The notes under the pieces: model-generated | The model's input: the letters and a program-made list of their open reading frames with translations, nothing else | Database searches by the model: none | Told to the model about the DNA's origin: nothing | Program-made: the position numbers and the translations under genes | Source of the DNA: Octopus sinensis | Lineage: Eukaryota | Reading direction: 5' to 3' | Length of the DNA stretch: 64,000 nucleotides | Assembly: GCF_006345805.1 (NCBI RefSeq) | Contig: NC_043000.1 | Location: 22,754,001 to 22,818,000, forward strand | Shown: one piece after another, positions 1 through 10,378 of the stretch | Layout: every line of letters begins with the position of its first letter | Position numbering within the stretch: the stretch's first letter is position 1

Positions 1-19
1 ATAAAATTTTGTTGACTGT

Positions 20-354
20 TCTTCACTACAGTTTTCACTTCCTCACAACTGGATTATCATCTCTTCGGTCCCATGAAAGAGGGTTTGAGAAGCAAACATT
101 ATTCCAGTGACGATTAAGTGAAAACTAGTGAAGAAGTGGCTCAAAGAACAGTCAACAGAATTTTACGGGGCAGCAGTACATGCTCTCATTCAAAGGTGAA
201 ACATTGCTATTGAGAGAGAAACGGTGACTATGTTGAGAAGTAGGGATGTGATCCACAGAGGACCAGCTTCATTTTGATGTATGATACATGTTCCTGTGTT
301 GGTCATTATACCTGTTCTAAACACAATGGCATTATTTTTTGACTCACCCTCGTA
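20..354 (+). mobile_element. Mariner (Tc1/mariner) transposon 3' end, degenerate transposase C-terminus plus right TIR
   Basis: Reads DYHLFGPMKEGLR.KHYSSDD..K...KKWLKEQSTEFY....HALIQR.NIAIE..GDYVEK* with stops/frameshifts (stop at 241-243). Ends TTTTTTGACTCACCCTCG followed by TA (353-354), typical of a mariner TIR and TA target site. Confidence 0.85.
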
Positions 355-619
355 TCTAGGTTCATTGCTCTGTAGTTTGCCTTGTCATTCAACAAACTGC
401 CTGCATTCAATATATCTGTTTTATCAGAGGTGATTCTGAGCTAAACAACAATGTTGATGGCCATTTTCTGAGGGATGATGGGCTCAACGCAGTACCTAGT
501 TTCCCCACCACTGCTACTAGTATCAATACATAACCTCTGGGTGTCTTTAGCAGAGTTAAGAGAACTGCAAGACCTCACATTAGGTGTACTCTTCCACTTT
601 CAGAATCTTCGGTAAACAT

Positions 620-1092
620 CATCAACATCATTGTTTAACGTCTGCTTTCCATGCTAGCATGAGTTGGACAATTTGACTGAGGTCTGGCGAACCAGATGGC
701 TGCACCAGGCTCCAGTCTGATCTGGCAGAGTTTCTACAGCTGGATGCCCTTCCCAACGCCAACCATTCCGAGAGTTTAGTGAGTGCTTCTATGTGCCACC
801 AGCACAAAGGCCAGTCAGGCAGTACTGGCAATGGCCATGCTCAAATGGTGCTGTTTATGTGCCACCTGCACAGGAGCCAGTCCAGCAGCACTGGCAACGA
901 TTTTGCTCAAATGTTTTTTTCATGTGCTGCCAGCACAAGTGCCAGTAAGGCGACAGGTAATAATCATGCTCGAATGGTGCTTTTTATGTGCCACCAGCAC
1001 AGAAGCCAGTTTATTGCCCTGGCAACGATCACACTTGGATGGTACTCTTAGCACTCCACTCACACGGATGCCAGTCATCGAATTTGATTTAT
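620..1092 (-). mobile_element. SINE-like repeat (family D) with internal ~60-bp tandem subunits; inverted partner copy at ~1150-1340 (+)
   Basis: Both copies share GGC(A/G)TT(A/G)GGAAGG(G/T)CATCCAGCTGTAGAAAC and a CCAAC(C/T)CATGC(C/T)AGCATGGAAA tail; a (GAT)n-like tail lies at 620-632. Internal repeats of ATGTGCCACCAGCACA...GCTCAAATGG at 780-1040. Confidence 0.6.
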
Positions 1093-1344
1093 GAAATTAA
1101 ATCAGGCACAACTGACATGCAATCTACTGGATAATTCTTGCTCTGATTAACAGCCTTCCCATGCTGGTGCCAGATGAAAAGCACCCTGTACACTCTGTAG
1201 AGTGGTTGGCATTAGGAAGGTCATCCAGCTGTAGAAACCAAACCAAAACAGAAGACTAGAGCCTGGTGCAGCCCTCCAGCTTGCCAGTTCCTTTCAAACT
1301 GTCCAACCCATGCCAGCATGGAAAACGGATGTTAAATACTGTTC

Positions 1345-1535
1345 TATATTTTAGAGATGAGGAATTATTTACATTATTTACGTTGGATGGATGTGTCCTC
1401 ATCTTGTATGTTGTTACCACAACATTTTGGCTGATGTAGTCACCAGCCTTCATCAGGTGACCTAGTGGAATTTTGAACCCCACCCTTTATTTGACTAATG
1501 GAGTACTCTGTTCTCATTCCTAAGATATTTTTTGA
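1345..1535 (-). mobile_element. Penelope-type terminal repeat/SINE tail with a degenerate type I hammerhead ribozyme
   Basis: Minus strand 1460-1410 reads TCAC-CTGATGA-A-GGCTG-gtgactacat-CAGCC-AAAA-TGTT-GTGG: core CUGAUGA, a 5-bp stem II and stem I (TCAC/GTGG). GAAAC is mutated to AAAAT. Confidence 0.6.
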
Positions 1536-1627
1536 TCAGATATGAGTAGAATATAGGAACAGGTATTAAGGAAAGATACAAAAATAATAGGTTTATAAGC
1601 CCTAAAATTCACTCCATAATTGCCCAT

Positions 1628-1857
1628 GGGCATACAGCATAGTGGTTAAGAGTGAAGGCTACTAACCGAAAGATTCTGGGTTCAATCGAATGTATTTGTA
1701 CTGAAAATCAAGATCGAGCGAGCTTTTGCTCGACGTGTGGTTATAATAATAACATCAGCAAAAAATTCCTTAGGAATGAGAATAGAGTACCCCATTAGTC
1801 AAATAAAGGACACCTGATGGTGTGGTAACAACAAACTATCCATCCAATGTAAATAAC
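1628..1857 (+). mobile_element. tRNA-headed SINE whose tail is an inverted, internally deleted copy of 1345-1535
   Basis: Head GGGCATACAGCATAGTGGTTAAGAG...GGGTTCAATC resembles Pol III A and B boxes. CTTAGGAATGAGAATAGAGTACCCCATTAGTCAAATAAAG (1769-1808) is the reverse complement of ~1485-1524 with 2 mismatches, and is followed by CACCTGATG|GTGTGGTAACAACA. Confidence 0.6.
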
Positions 1858-2299
1858 TGATGTTAAATGATGATGATCACCTACTAAGACATAAGCTACA
1901 CATCCTATTCCTCTCCTTTATCCCTGCTGTCAAAGCTATACTCTATATTCTAATTTCACTCTGATATGTATCTACACCAATGTTGATCTGCTCTTTCTTC
2001 ACCATTCATTTCTTTCTCTGAATATCAGCAACAAAACTCACTTTGTTGCCTCTGTTTTTCTGAGAATCTCAGAATTACAGATCCTTAGGTAATTAGGTAA
2101 CCTCTACTAAGACCAATTAGTAAATGTACACGAAAGTGGTAGTAAAAATGAATACGCTGAAAATCGTCTTAAGCTTTTTTTTTTTAAAGAAGGGAAATAA
2201 CTTTCCAAGAGTTGCCTCCCATATCAATTCCAACTTTGTTGGTGATAGCAAAACCAATGGCCAGTGTGTTCTAAAGGACATCAGTGTAAAAAATTTATA

Positions 2300-2700
2300 A
2301 CATTTATATAGTTAACAACAATACGTACATTTACTTTATTACGGTACAATAAAATTAATTAAGTGATATAAATATATTTGTAATTTGTTTTTGAGTTGCT
2401 AAACCGTTCGCTAACGAAGCAACAAGACATTGAGTTAAAAGCGTTCTCGGTGTTTGTAGATGTGTGGTTGAGGTGTCAATATACACGCTCAAGGGACTAC
2501 ATCTTGTCACATGGAGAATATCAGGTGGAGAATCTTTGGAATGTCTTACAAATCTTCACTGTGCCGCTTATCCACACCAGTTTCTTTTGCTCTTTCTTCG
2601 AAAAACCTAGCATTTCTAAGATTTTGGGCAAATTTGTAGAGGCGTAGCATAATACACCCATGTGATGGGTACAAATGAGAAGCACAAGAGCTGTAAGTAC
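2300..2700 (-). mobile_element. 3' end of an RLE-type non-LTR retrotransposon (degenerate)
   Basis: Minus frame ...MGVLCYASTNLPKILEMLGFSKKEQKKLVWISGTVKICKTFQRFST* (stop 2523-2521) resembles the C-terminus of restriction-like endonuclease domains. The 5' break abuts a (TACA)n array. Confidence 0.45.
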
Positions 2701-2707
2701 CGCATTA

Positions 2708-2925
2708 TGTATGTATGTATGTATGTATGTATGTATGTATGTATGTATGTATGTATGTATGTATGTGTGTATCTATGTATGTATGTGTGTATGTATGTAT
2801 GTATGTATGTATGTATGTATGTATGTATGTATGTATGTGTGTATGTGTGTATCTATGTATGTATGTGTGTGTGTATGTATGTATGTATGTATGTATGTAT
2901 GTATGTATGCATGTATGTATGTATG
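2708..2925. repeat. (TATG)n microsatellite
   Basis: Direct inspection; source of the YVCM/HTYI ORFs. Confidence 0.95.
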
Positions 2926-3393
2926 TTCTATTTTTTTAATTATTATAAATCTTCCACTGATTTTTGTTATGTATTTGTTGTTGTTGTTGGCATCCTTTTG
3001 ACTCGGGAGACAATGGAGTTGGGTATAAACTAATCCAGTCTGCTTTTTACATTTCATGTCCTCTCCAGTTTCCTCTCCAGTCTTGTGCAGGCCTAGGCTA
3101 GATATAAGAAAATCTTGGGTAGCCCAATCGTCAGGATTCCTCTCTCGACCTTGTTGATATAATCCAAAGGAGTGCAGAGCATTACATTTGGCACCAGCTT
3201 GGTTGCAAGAGCTGCTGGAAGAATGTCGAGTCGAACACTAAACCGCCTACGGGGCTCCACTCTGGATTTCTTTGAAGGTTGTCCCCTTTCCGTAACCCTG
3301 GATAGGGGCCCATACCGTGTACTGTCAGCCGGAGCCAGCTGAGCCCGGGACTCGCGTCAGGTAGAGTCGTCACTCCCTGAAGTAGTGAAGAAA

Positions 3394-3469
<76 letters not shown>

Positions 3470-3900
3470 ATGTGTATGTATGTATATGTGTATATATGTA
3501 TATGTGTATATATGTATATATGTGTGTATATATATATAGTTTTCGATTATAAAGTGGTTTAATGCCTACTACATTGGAACGTTGGTATTCATGTCCGTTT
3601 TGCAAGAGAATACACGAAATTACATGAGGCTGTCGGAATTTCGGAAAAAATGGAAAGAAAAAAATTACATATCATGGGAGGAAACTTATAAGGAAAATGT
3701 AATTGTTGTTTCCCTTACATTAACCCCGGGCTTTTGTAACGAACTACATTCACCATGGATTAATTGATTCTTTAATTATCGTATGTGAGAATGCTCGTGC
3801 ACATCCAAAACTATAAGCCTCGTCGCGATAGGTGAAGATCCGTGAAGTAGAAACTGTACTATTCTGTATATTTTAAAAATCATTTTTATAATTTGTATAT

Positions 3901-4127
3901 ACTCTTTTACTTGTTTCAGTCATTTTGACTGTGGCCATGCTGGAGCACCGCCTTTAGTCGAGCAAATCGATCCAGGACTTATTCTTTGTAAGCGTAGTAC
4001 TTACTCTATTGGTCTCTTTTGCCGAACCGCTAAGTTACGGGGACATAAACACACCAGCATCGGTTGTCAAGCGATGTTGGGGGGACGAACACAGACACAC
4101 AGACACACAGACACACACACACACACA

Positions 4128-4158
<31 letters not shown>

Positions 4159-4322
4159 CATACATACGACGGGCTTCTTTCAGTTTCCGTCTATCACATC
4201 CACTCACAAGGCTTTGGTCAGGCCGAGGCTATGGTTGAAGACACTTGCCCAAGGTGCCACGCAGTGGGACTGAACCCGGAACCATGTGGTTGGTAAGCAA
4301 GCTACTTACCACAGAGCCACTC
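3901..4322 (-). mobile_element. SINE family A (tRNA-derived, internal microsatellite)
   Basis: Minus-strand head GAGTGGCTCTGTGGTAAGTAGCTTGC...GGGTTCAGTCCC, body CACCTTGGGCAAGTGTCTTC..., internal (TG)n, tail TGACTGAAACAAGTAAAAGAG. Same layout recurs more than 12 times in the window. Confidence 0.9.
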
Positions 4323-4489
4323 AAATACAAAACAACACCACACACCTCCCGAGTTTTCGTTTTCCATATAGTATGTGCGATTCCTTTTTTTACTTATCAA
4401 TGGCAAACTACGTATTTTCTTTTAATATATTCTAATTCATGTGTATACAGTGCAATACTGTATTTTTATTTATTAATTTATTAATTTTT

Positions 4490-4678
4490 AGGCGTGAAAA
4501 ATGCTTATTGTACCTCAGAAATAATTAAAATCTAAAAAAAATATAAATACCTATCGGCCGCAGAAACCCGCGATATACTGTGGTGCTCGCGATATAAATT
4601 TGCATATATTAGCCAGAAAAATCCGCGATGTACTGAAGGAGGGATAGGTGAACTGCGATATGGCGAGTGATTACTGTA
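4490..4678 (-). mobile_element. Fragment of pogo/Tigger-like MITE (same family as 59894-60522)
   Basis: Minus strand begins TA-CAGTAATCACTCGCCATATCGC and shares GCGG(C/A)CGATAGGTATTTATAT...TAGATTTTAATTATTTCTG with 60430-60477. Confidence 0.75.
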
Positions 4679-4754
4679 CACATATATGTTCCCATGCACA
4701 TCCATACAAATCACGTATACACACACACACACAGACATTCACACACCCATACAC

Positions 4755-5403
4755 ACAGAGGTCGTAGTACCCAAAAGAAACTGGAATTTTGCAATATTTT
4801 TATTCACCTATTTTTTTTACATGTTTACACTTTCATCCCCTTCAAAGTGTTCTCCCTTTGAAGCAATGCATCAATCCAGATGCGTTTTCCACTGTTGGAA
4901 GCAGCGCTGGAACTCTTGTGAAGTGATGCCTTTTAACGCCTCCATCATTTTTTTCTTCACCTCTTCCACATCTGCAAATTCTAATTGTTCTTTCAGTTCA
5001 CGACCCGCATTCAGTCATGCTTTTGATCTTCCGTGAGCAATCGAGGCCCATATTTTGCTGTAACTCATTTCATTCGCAATTTCTCGCTCAAAATTCGTTG
5101 GCAGGAGCTCCAGGACACACCAGTCATATCAACAAGTTCGTCAATTGTTCAGTGACGGTCCTCCAAGATCAGTCTATAAATTTTCATAGGCGTAGGGAGT
5201 GGCTGTGTGGTAAGTAGCTTGCTTACCAACCACATGGTTCCGGGTTCAGTCCCACTGCGTGGATTTTGGGCAAGTGTCTTCTACTATAGCCTCGGGCCGA
5301 CCAAAGTCTTGTGAGTGGATTTGGTAGATGGAAACTGAAAAAAGCCTGTCGTATGTATGTATGTATGTATGTATGTATGTATGTATGTATGTATGTATGT
5401 ATG

Positions 5404-5446
<43 letters not shown>

Positions 5447-5451
5447 ATATC

Positions 5452-5517
<66 letters not shown>

Positions 5518-6098
5518 ATATGTTTGTGTGCCTGTGTTTGTTCCCCCAACATCGCTTGACAACTGATGCTGGTGTGTTTACGTCCCCGTCACTTAGAATA
5601 AGTACTAGGCTTACAAAGAATAAGTCCTGGGGTCGATTTGCTTGACTAAATGTGGTGCTCCAGCATGGCCGCAGTCAAATGACTGAAACAAGTAAAAAAA
5701 AAAAGAGTTTCCATTCGTTCGGGAGGTCGACGGTCGTTCTGAATGAGGTTGGTCTTCAAGCGACATGGGACCAGTCCTAAAGCGTTGGAAGCCCCTCGTA
5801 AATTTGTATTTTGTTCATAGCATGACAACTGTTTTGGTGGCCGTTTTCTCCGGCAGAAAACAGAATTTCAAGGAAGCATTCTGTTCCTTCGTTTCAACTA
5901 TCGCAAAAATTGACGAACAGGAAGAAGCACGGCAAAACAAAGACTCATTACGTGGTAGTATGACACTACTGACAACGCCGGTCAGCAGACTGCTGCCTGA
6001 AGGTCGCATCAAGTGACTTCAAGCGGCGGAAACCTGAACTACCACAGCCTTGTCTCACAGAGAACGTTTCAGGCCACTTTTTGGCATCTCCACGTGCA
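4755..6098 (-). mobile_element. Internally deleted mariner element split by a SINE-A insertion
   Basis: Minus-strand pieces: EQNASLKFCFLPEKTATKTVVML...RFRTGPMSLEDQPHSERPSTSRTNGN (~5900-5706); MKIYRLILEDRH*TIDELVDMTGVSWSSCQRILSEKLRMK (5188-~5070); FADVEEVKKKMMEALKGITSQEFQRCFQQWKTHLD*CIASKGEHFEGDESVNM* (~4978-4817). The DDD core is deleted and the TIRs are degenerate. Confidence 0.9.
5188..5705 (+). mobile_element. SINE family A inserted in the mariner
   Basis: GGCGTAGGGAGTGGCTGTGTGGTAAG head, internal (TATG)n/(TATC)n/(TA)n, GACTGAAACAAGTAAAAAA tail. Confidence 0.92.
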
Positions 6099-6156
6099 TA
6101 CACAAATATGCACACACACACACACACACATTCATACTCCCCACACATTCACTCAC

Positions 6157-6188
<32 letters not shown>

Positions 6189-6382
6189 CTGCCTTATGTG
6201 CTTTGTTCGTGTTGGAGTATATATATATTTATATATTTATAGACACACAAACACTCACCCCCACATTCTCACACATACACTCAAACACAAACACACACAC
6301 TCTCCCACCAGCCTTATGTGCTCCGTTCGTGCTGGAGTATATGCATATATATAGACACATACACACATACACATACACACAA

Positions 6383-6384
6383 AT

Positions 6385-6460
<76 letters not shown>
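6383..6460. repeat. (TAA)n microsatellite
   Basis: Direct inspection; gives the poly-Ile ORFs. Confidence 0.95.
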
Positions 6461-6461
<1 letters not shown>

Positions 6462-6514
6462 TGGTTTCAAATTTTGCTACAAGAGCAGCTTGTGGGGGAG
6501 GGGGATGAGTCAAT

Positions 6515-6671
6515 TACATCGAACCCAGTATTCCACTGGCACTTAATTTCTCATTCCTGAAAGGATTAAAGGCAAAGTCGATCTAAGCGGAATTTGAATT
6601 CAGAACGTAAGGACAGACGAAATGCAGCTCAGCATTCTGACCACTGTATTAACAATTCTGCCAGCTCGCCG
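6515..6671 (-). mobile_element. SINE family B (tRNA head plus Nin/Deu-like domain), diverged
   Basis: GAAAGGATTAAAGGCAAAGTCGA...GGAATTTGAATTCAGAACGTAA...GCCAGCTCGCC is the reverse complement of the family-B head/core. Confidence 0.85.
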
Positions 6672-6686
6672 AATAATAATAATAAT

Positions 6687-7009
6687 CCATGGATGGAATT
6701 TGTAAATATTTTGACGCATTGTTACGCGCGTTTCCACAAATCACATGTTTCTTACGATCATAGTCCGTATTCCTGGGATGATTATAATATTGTCCGTGGT
6801 ATTCATGGACATCGGATGGATCATATTTCATGTGTTCATTTCATCCAGCGATATGAAATGAACACATTATCTATGATCCACCCGATGCCATGGATACTAC
6901 AAACTGTACTGTAATTATCTCAGGAATACGTACTATGATCGTAAGAAACATGTGATTTGTGGAAACGCGCGTAGCGATGCATTAAAATATTTATAAATTC
7001 CATCCAAGG
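6687..7009. mobile_element. Foldback/MITE-like full-length palindrome (~160-bp arms) flanked by inverted (TAA)n/(TTA)n
   Basis: Left arm CCATGGATGGAATTTGTAAATATTTTGACGCATTGTTACGCGCGTTTCCACAAATCACATGTTTCTTACGATCATAGT... matches the reverse complement of the right arm. Pairing continues to the centre (ATGTGTTCATTTCAT-ccagcgat-ATGAAATGAACACAT, axis ~6848). Confidence 0.8.
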
Positions 7010-7065
<56 letters not shown>

Positions 7066-7209
7066 TTTCATCCTGCACTATATCGGCACAGACCGGCACA
7101 ACCCCATAAAGCTGCTATTGCATGTTGGTATCATTGGGTTTTATAGCCAGCATAATAAATAGGAGCTTTTTATGCCTACTCAAAAACGTTTCTCGTAGAT
7201 GAGCATAAA

Positions 7210-7287
<78 letters not shown>

Positions 7288-7304
7288 TATATATATATAT
7301 ATCG

Positions 7305-7346
<42 letters not shown>

Positions 7347-7559
7347 ATATAATCTATCAGAAAGGAACTCTATCTCTCTTAAAAAACATCTTTTGATAAG
7401 CATAACAAATGCGCAACCGGTAAAAAGAACTTTCACCTAATTAAATTACTTAAATTACTTAAATTATTTTGTCAGCATTTTCTTCATTTCCTTCTTTATA
7501 TATCACAACTCGTGTTCCACATCTCCTTTTTTAAATATATATATATATATATATATATA

Positions 7560-7912
7560 TGCTGCTTCGAAAACGCACCTGGACCGATCCATTGTTTCAA
7601 ATGGAGAATACTTTGGCCATGGATGACTATGGGAGTGCACCTAGAAAGTTCCTCTCTTAGGTACGAGTCTGAACAAAGTTGTTTTGTGGAATACCAGTAG
7701 TTTCTCATGCATACCAGTCTCTCCTCTTCACGCCATCGATGTTATCCAAGAGACAGACAAAGGCCAATAGAGCTTGGAACCAATGACGTTGCAACTCATT
7801 TCTATAGCTGAGTGGACTGGAGCAACGTGAACTGAAGTGTCTTGCTCAAAAATGCAACACACAGCCAGATCCGGGAATCGAACTCAGTATCTCAGAATTG
7901 TGAACCCGGTGC
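7560..7912 (-). mobile_element. SINE family F (tRNA head plus CORE/Meta-like domain); related copy at ~17790-17966 (-)
   Basis: Minus strand GAGTTCGATTCCCGG...TTGAGCAAGA(C/T)ACTT...TTCACGTTGCTCCAGT in both copies. The 17966 copy keeps the head GTGAAGGCGCGTGGCTTAGTGG. Confidence 0.7.
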
Positions 7913-8233
7913 TCTCTCTCTCTCTCCACACACACACAGACACACGCACACACGCACACACACACATACACACACACCACACACACCACACACAAACACA
8001 CACATAATTAAGAGAAATAGCCCCTGTTAAGTAATTCAATAGTGAAAGACATCTATATTATTTTTAAAAAAAATTAAATATACTAAAATAAATATTATTA
8101 AAAAAAATCACTAAATTAAATTTTTTGAATAATATTTGTCACAGTATATTTAAATTTTTTTCCATATAATATAGATAATGTCTTTCACTATTGAATTACT
8201 TAATAAAGGTTATTTCTCTTAATTATATACATA

Positions 8234-8285
<52 letters not shown>

Positions 8286-8288
<3 letters not shown>

Positions 8289-8960
8289 TAGTTTTATTTT
8301 TATAGCGTGCTTTCACTTCACTACTGAGCGCAGCTCTGTGTGCCTTGGGTATGTGCTGTGATTTGTTGTGATGCTCTGATGGTTATTGTATGGAAAGTGT
8401 TCTGCGTAGGATGTATGCAGTGCCTAGTAGTGCAATTTTCTGTATGTTATATGTGTTTGTAAGTCCTGGTGTTTTTGTTATGTATTTGTCTGAATATTTT
8501 TTTATCGTGCCTAATGCACCTACTATGATAGGAATTGTTTCTGTTTTCAGATTCCACATTCTAGTTACCTCTATTTCCAGGTCTTTGTATTTTGAGAGTT
8601 TCTCCATTTCTTTTAGAGACACGTTGTCATCAGCCGGTATTGATACATCAATTAGAAAGCATTTTTTTTCTTCATGATCTCTGACAACTATATCTGGTCT
8701 GTTGGCCTTAATTTCTCTATCTGTGTGTATCGGCATATCCCAGAGTATGGTTGCTTTCTCGTTTTCTGTGACCTTTTCTGGTGTGTGCCTATACCATCTT
8801 TTTTCTGTTGTTATTCCATAATGTTGGCATAGCTTCCAATGTATGTAGGTTCCAACTCTGTCATGTCTGTGAATATATTCCTTCTTAGCCAGGACTGGGC
8901 AGCTAGAGATAATATGATTTATTGTTTCTTGTCCATCTCCACATATTCTGCAGTTACTTG

Positions 8961-8961
<1 letters not shown>
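8286..8961 (-). mobile_element. 5'-truncated R4/Dong-like non-LTR retrotransposon (CCHC finger plus RLE endonuclease), inside (TAA)n
   Basis: Uninterrupted frame 8961-8383: TSNCRICGDGQETINHIISSCPVLAKKEYIHRHDRVGTYIHWKLC...ILWDMPIHTDREIKANRPDIVVRD...LIDVSIP...KEMEKLSKYKDL...PIIVGALG...LGTAYILRRTLSIQ*. A 3' UTR follows; (TAA)n lies at 8236-8285 and 8962-9012. Confidence 0.92.
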
Positions 8962-9028
<67 letters not shown>

Positions 9029-9059
9029 TATATAATACTAACATTATCATTTTGAAACG

Positions 9060-9310
9060 ATTTTAACATTTTTGTAAATGCCCTTTAAGAAGAACAACAT
9101 ACTTAAATATCTTAAGATCTTTTCCCGTTCAGCTACGGATGCAGTAGCCTCCATCTCTCCCACTGCATTGAGTGTGCGTGATGAAGCAAAAGAGTCACTG
9201 GCAGTGACGTCCCATATAAGGCATTTACTTTTAACCCAAGAGTAAAGTCCATTATATTGCTTTTCATCACCATTGGACAATGCCACTGGTTTTAGAATTG
9301 ATTGGGTATT
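9060..9310 (-). mobile_element. Degenerate CRE-like retrotransposon endonuclease fragment
   Basis: LKPVALSNGDEKQYNGLYSWVKSKCLIWDVTASDSFASS...EATASVAEREKILRY resembles the CRE-clade EP.GLSR.DGKRPDG...W..GKCL.WD.T..DT.A.S...AE..K..KY motif. Confidence 0.5.
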
Positions 9311-9479
9311 TACTGTATCTAGGGCTTATTTTGTAGTTAAATTTATCTCAGTTGCGACTGACGAAGTGGCCTGCATTCAGTTTACATGATAATATCTGAA
9401 ACTTCGCCTTTCATCAGAACGGAACGCTTTATTCTTTTATACATTGACTCCGATTCTAAGAGCGATGGAAGGGGGCTAG

Positions 9480-9664
9480 ACATAGAGGGGACAAACAAGG
9501 ATAGACAAAGGTATTAAGTCGATTATTGGTACTTATTTAACCGACCCCGAAAGGATGAAAGGCAAAGTCGATCTCGGCGGAATTTGAACTCAGAACGTAG
9601 CGACAGACGAAATACTGTTGAGCATTTCGCCCGGCGTGCTAACGTTTCTTCCAGCTCGCCACCT
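9480..9664 (-). mobile_element. SINE family B
   Basis: CGACCCCGAAAGGATGAAAGGCAAAGTCGATCTCGGCGGAATTTGAACTCAGAACGTAG...CCAGCTCGCC. Confidence 0.9.
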
Positions 9665-9911
9665 TACGTTGAATTATCCTGCTTTGGGACCCATAACAAG
9701 ATCATTCAACAGTTGCAAAGTTTCATTCTCCAACTTGTCAGAGCCAGTTCTAGTTGAAGGGGAGAGGTTGTTGTCTCCAAAACGGCACAAATATGAACGG
9801 AAGAAATGAAACAAGCGAGAAAGAGAGATGAGCATTTGCGTAAACCTAGACTCCTGCAACATTTGTGCTATGCAGACTAATCAAAGGATTCGGGTTCAAA
9901 TATCACATTAT

Positions 9912-10378
9912 TTTACTCTTTTTCTTGTTTCAGTCATTTGACTGTGGCCATGCTGGAGCTCCGCCTTTAGTTGAGTAAATCGACCCCAGGACTTATTCTT
10001 TGTAAGCCTTACTCTATCAGTCTCTTTTGCCGAACCGCTAAGTTACGAGGACGTAAACACACCAGCATCGGTTGTCAAGCTATGTTAGGGGGACAGACAC
10101 AGACACACACACTCACACACATACATATATGCATATATGTTGGGGGTACAAACACAGACGCACAAACATATACACACACATACATATATATATATACATA
10201 CAACGGGCTTCTTTCAGTTTCCGTCTACCACATCCACTCACAAGGCATTGGTCGGCCCGAGGCTATAGTAAAAGACACTTGCCCAAGGTGCCACGCAGTG
10301 AGACTGAACCCAGAACCATGTGGTTCGAACCACTCCATGTGGTTCATAAGCAAGCTACTTACCACACAGCCACTACTG
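9912..10378 (-). mobile_element. SINE family A
   Basis: Full family-A layout with internal (CA)/(TA) tract. Confidence 0.9.

Noticed and set aside
3060-3399. GC-richer island with hairpins, possibly an RTE-like 5' UTR with an HDV-like ribozyme
   Set aside because: I could not fit the nested double-pseudoknot by eye and there is no adjacent ORF; left unassigned.
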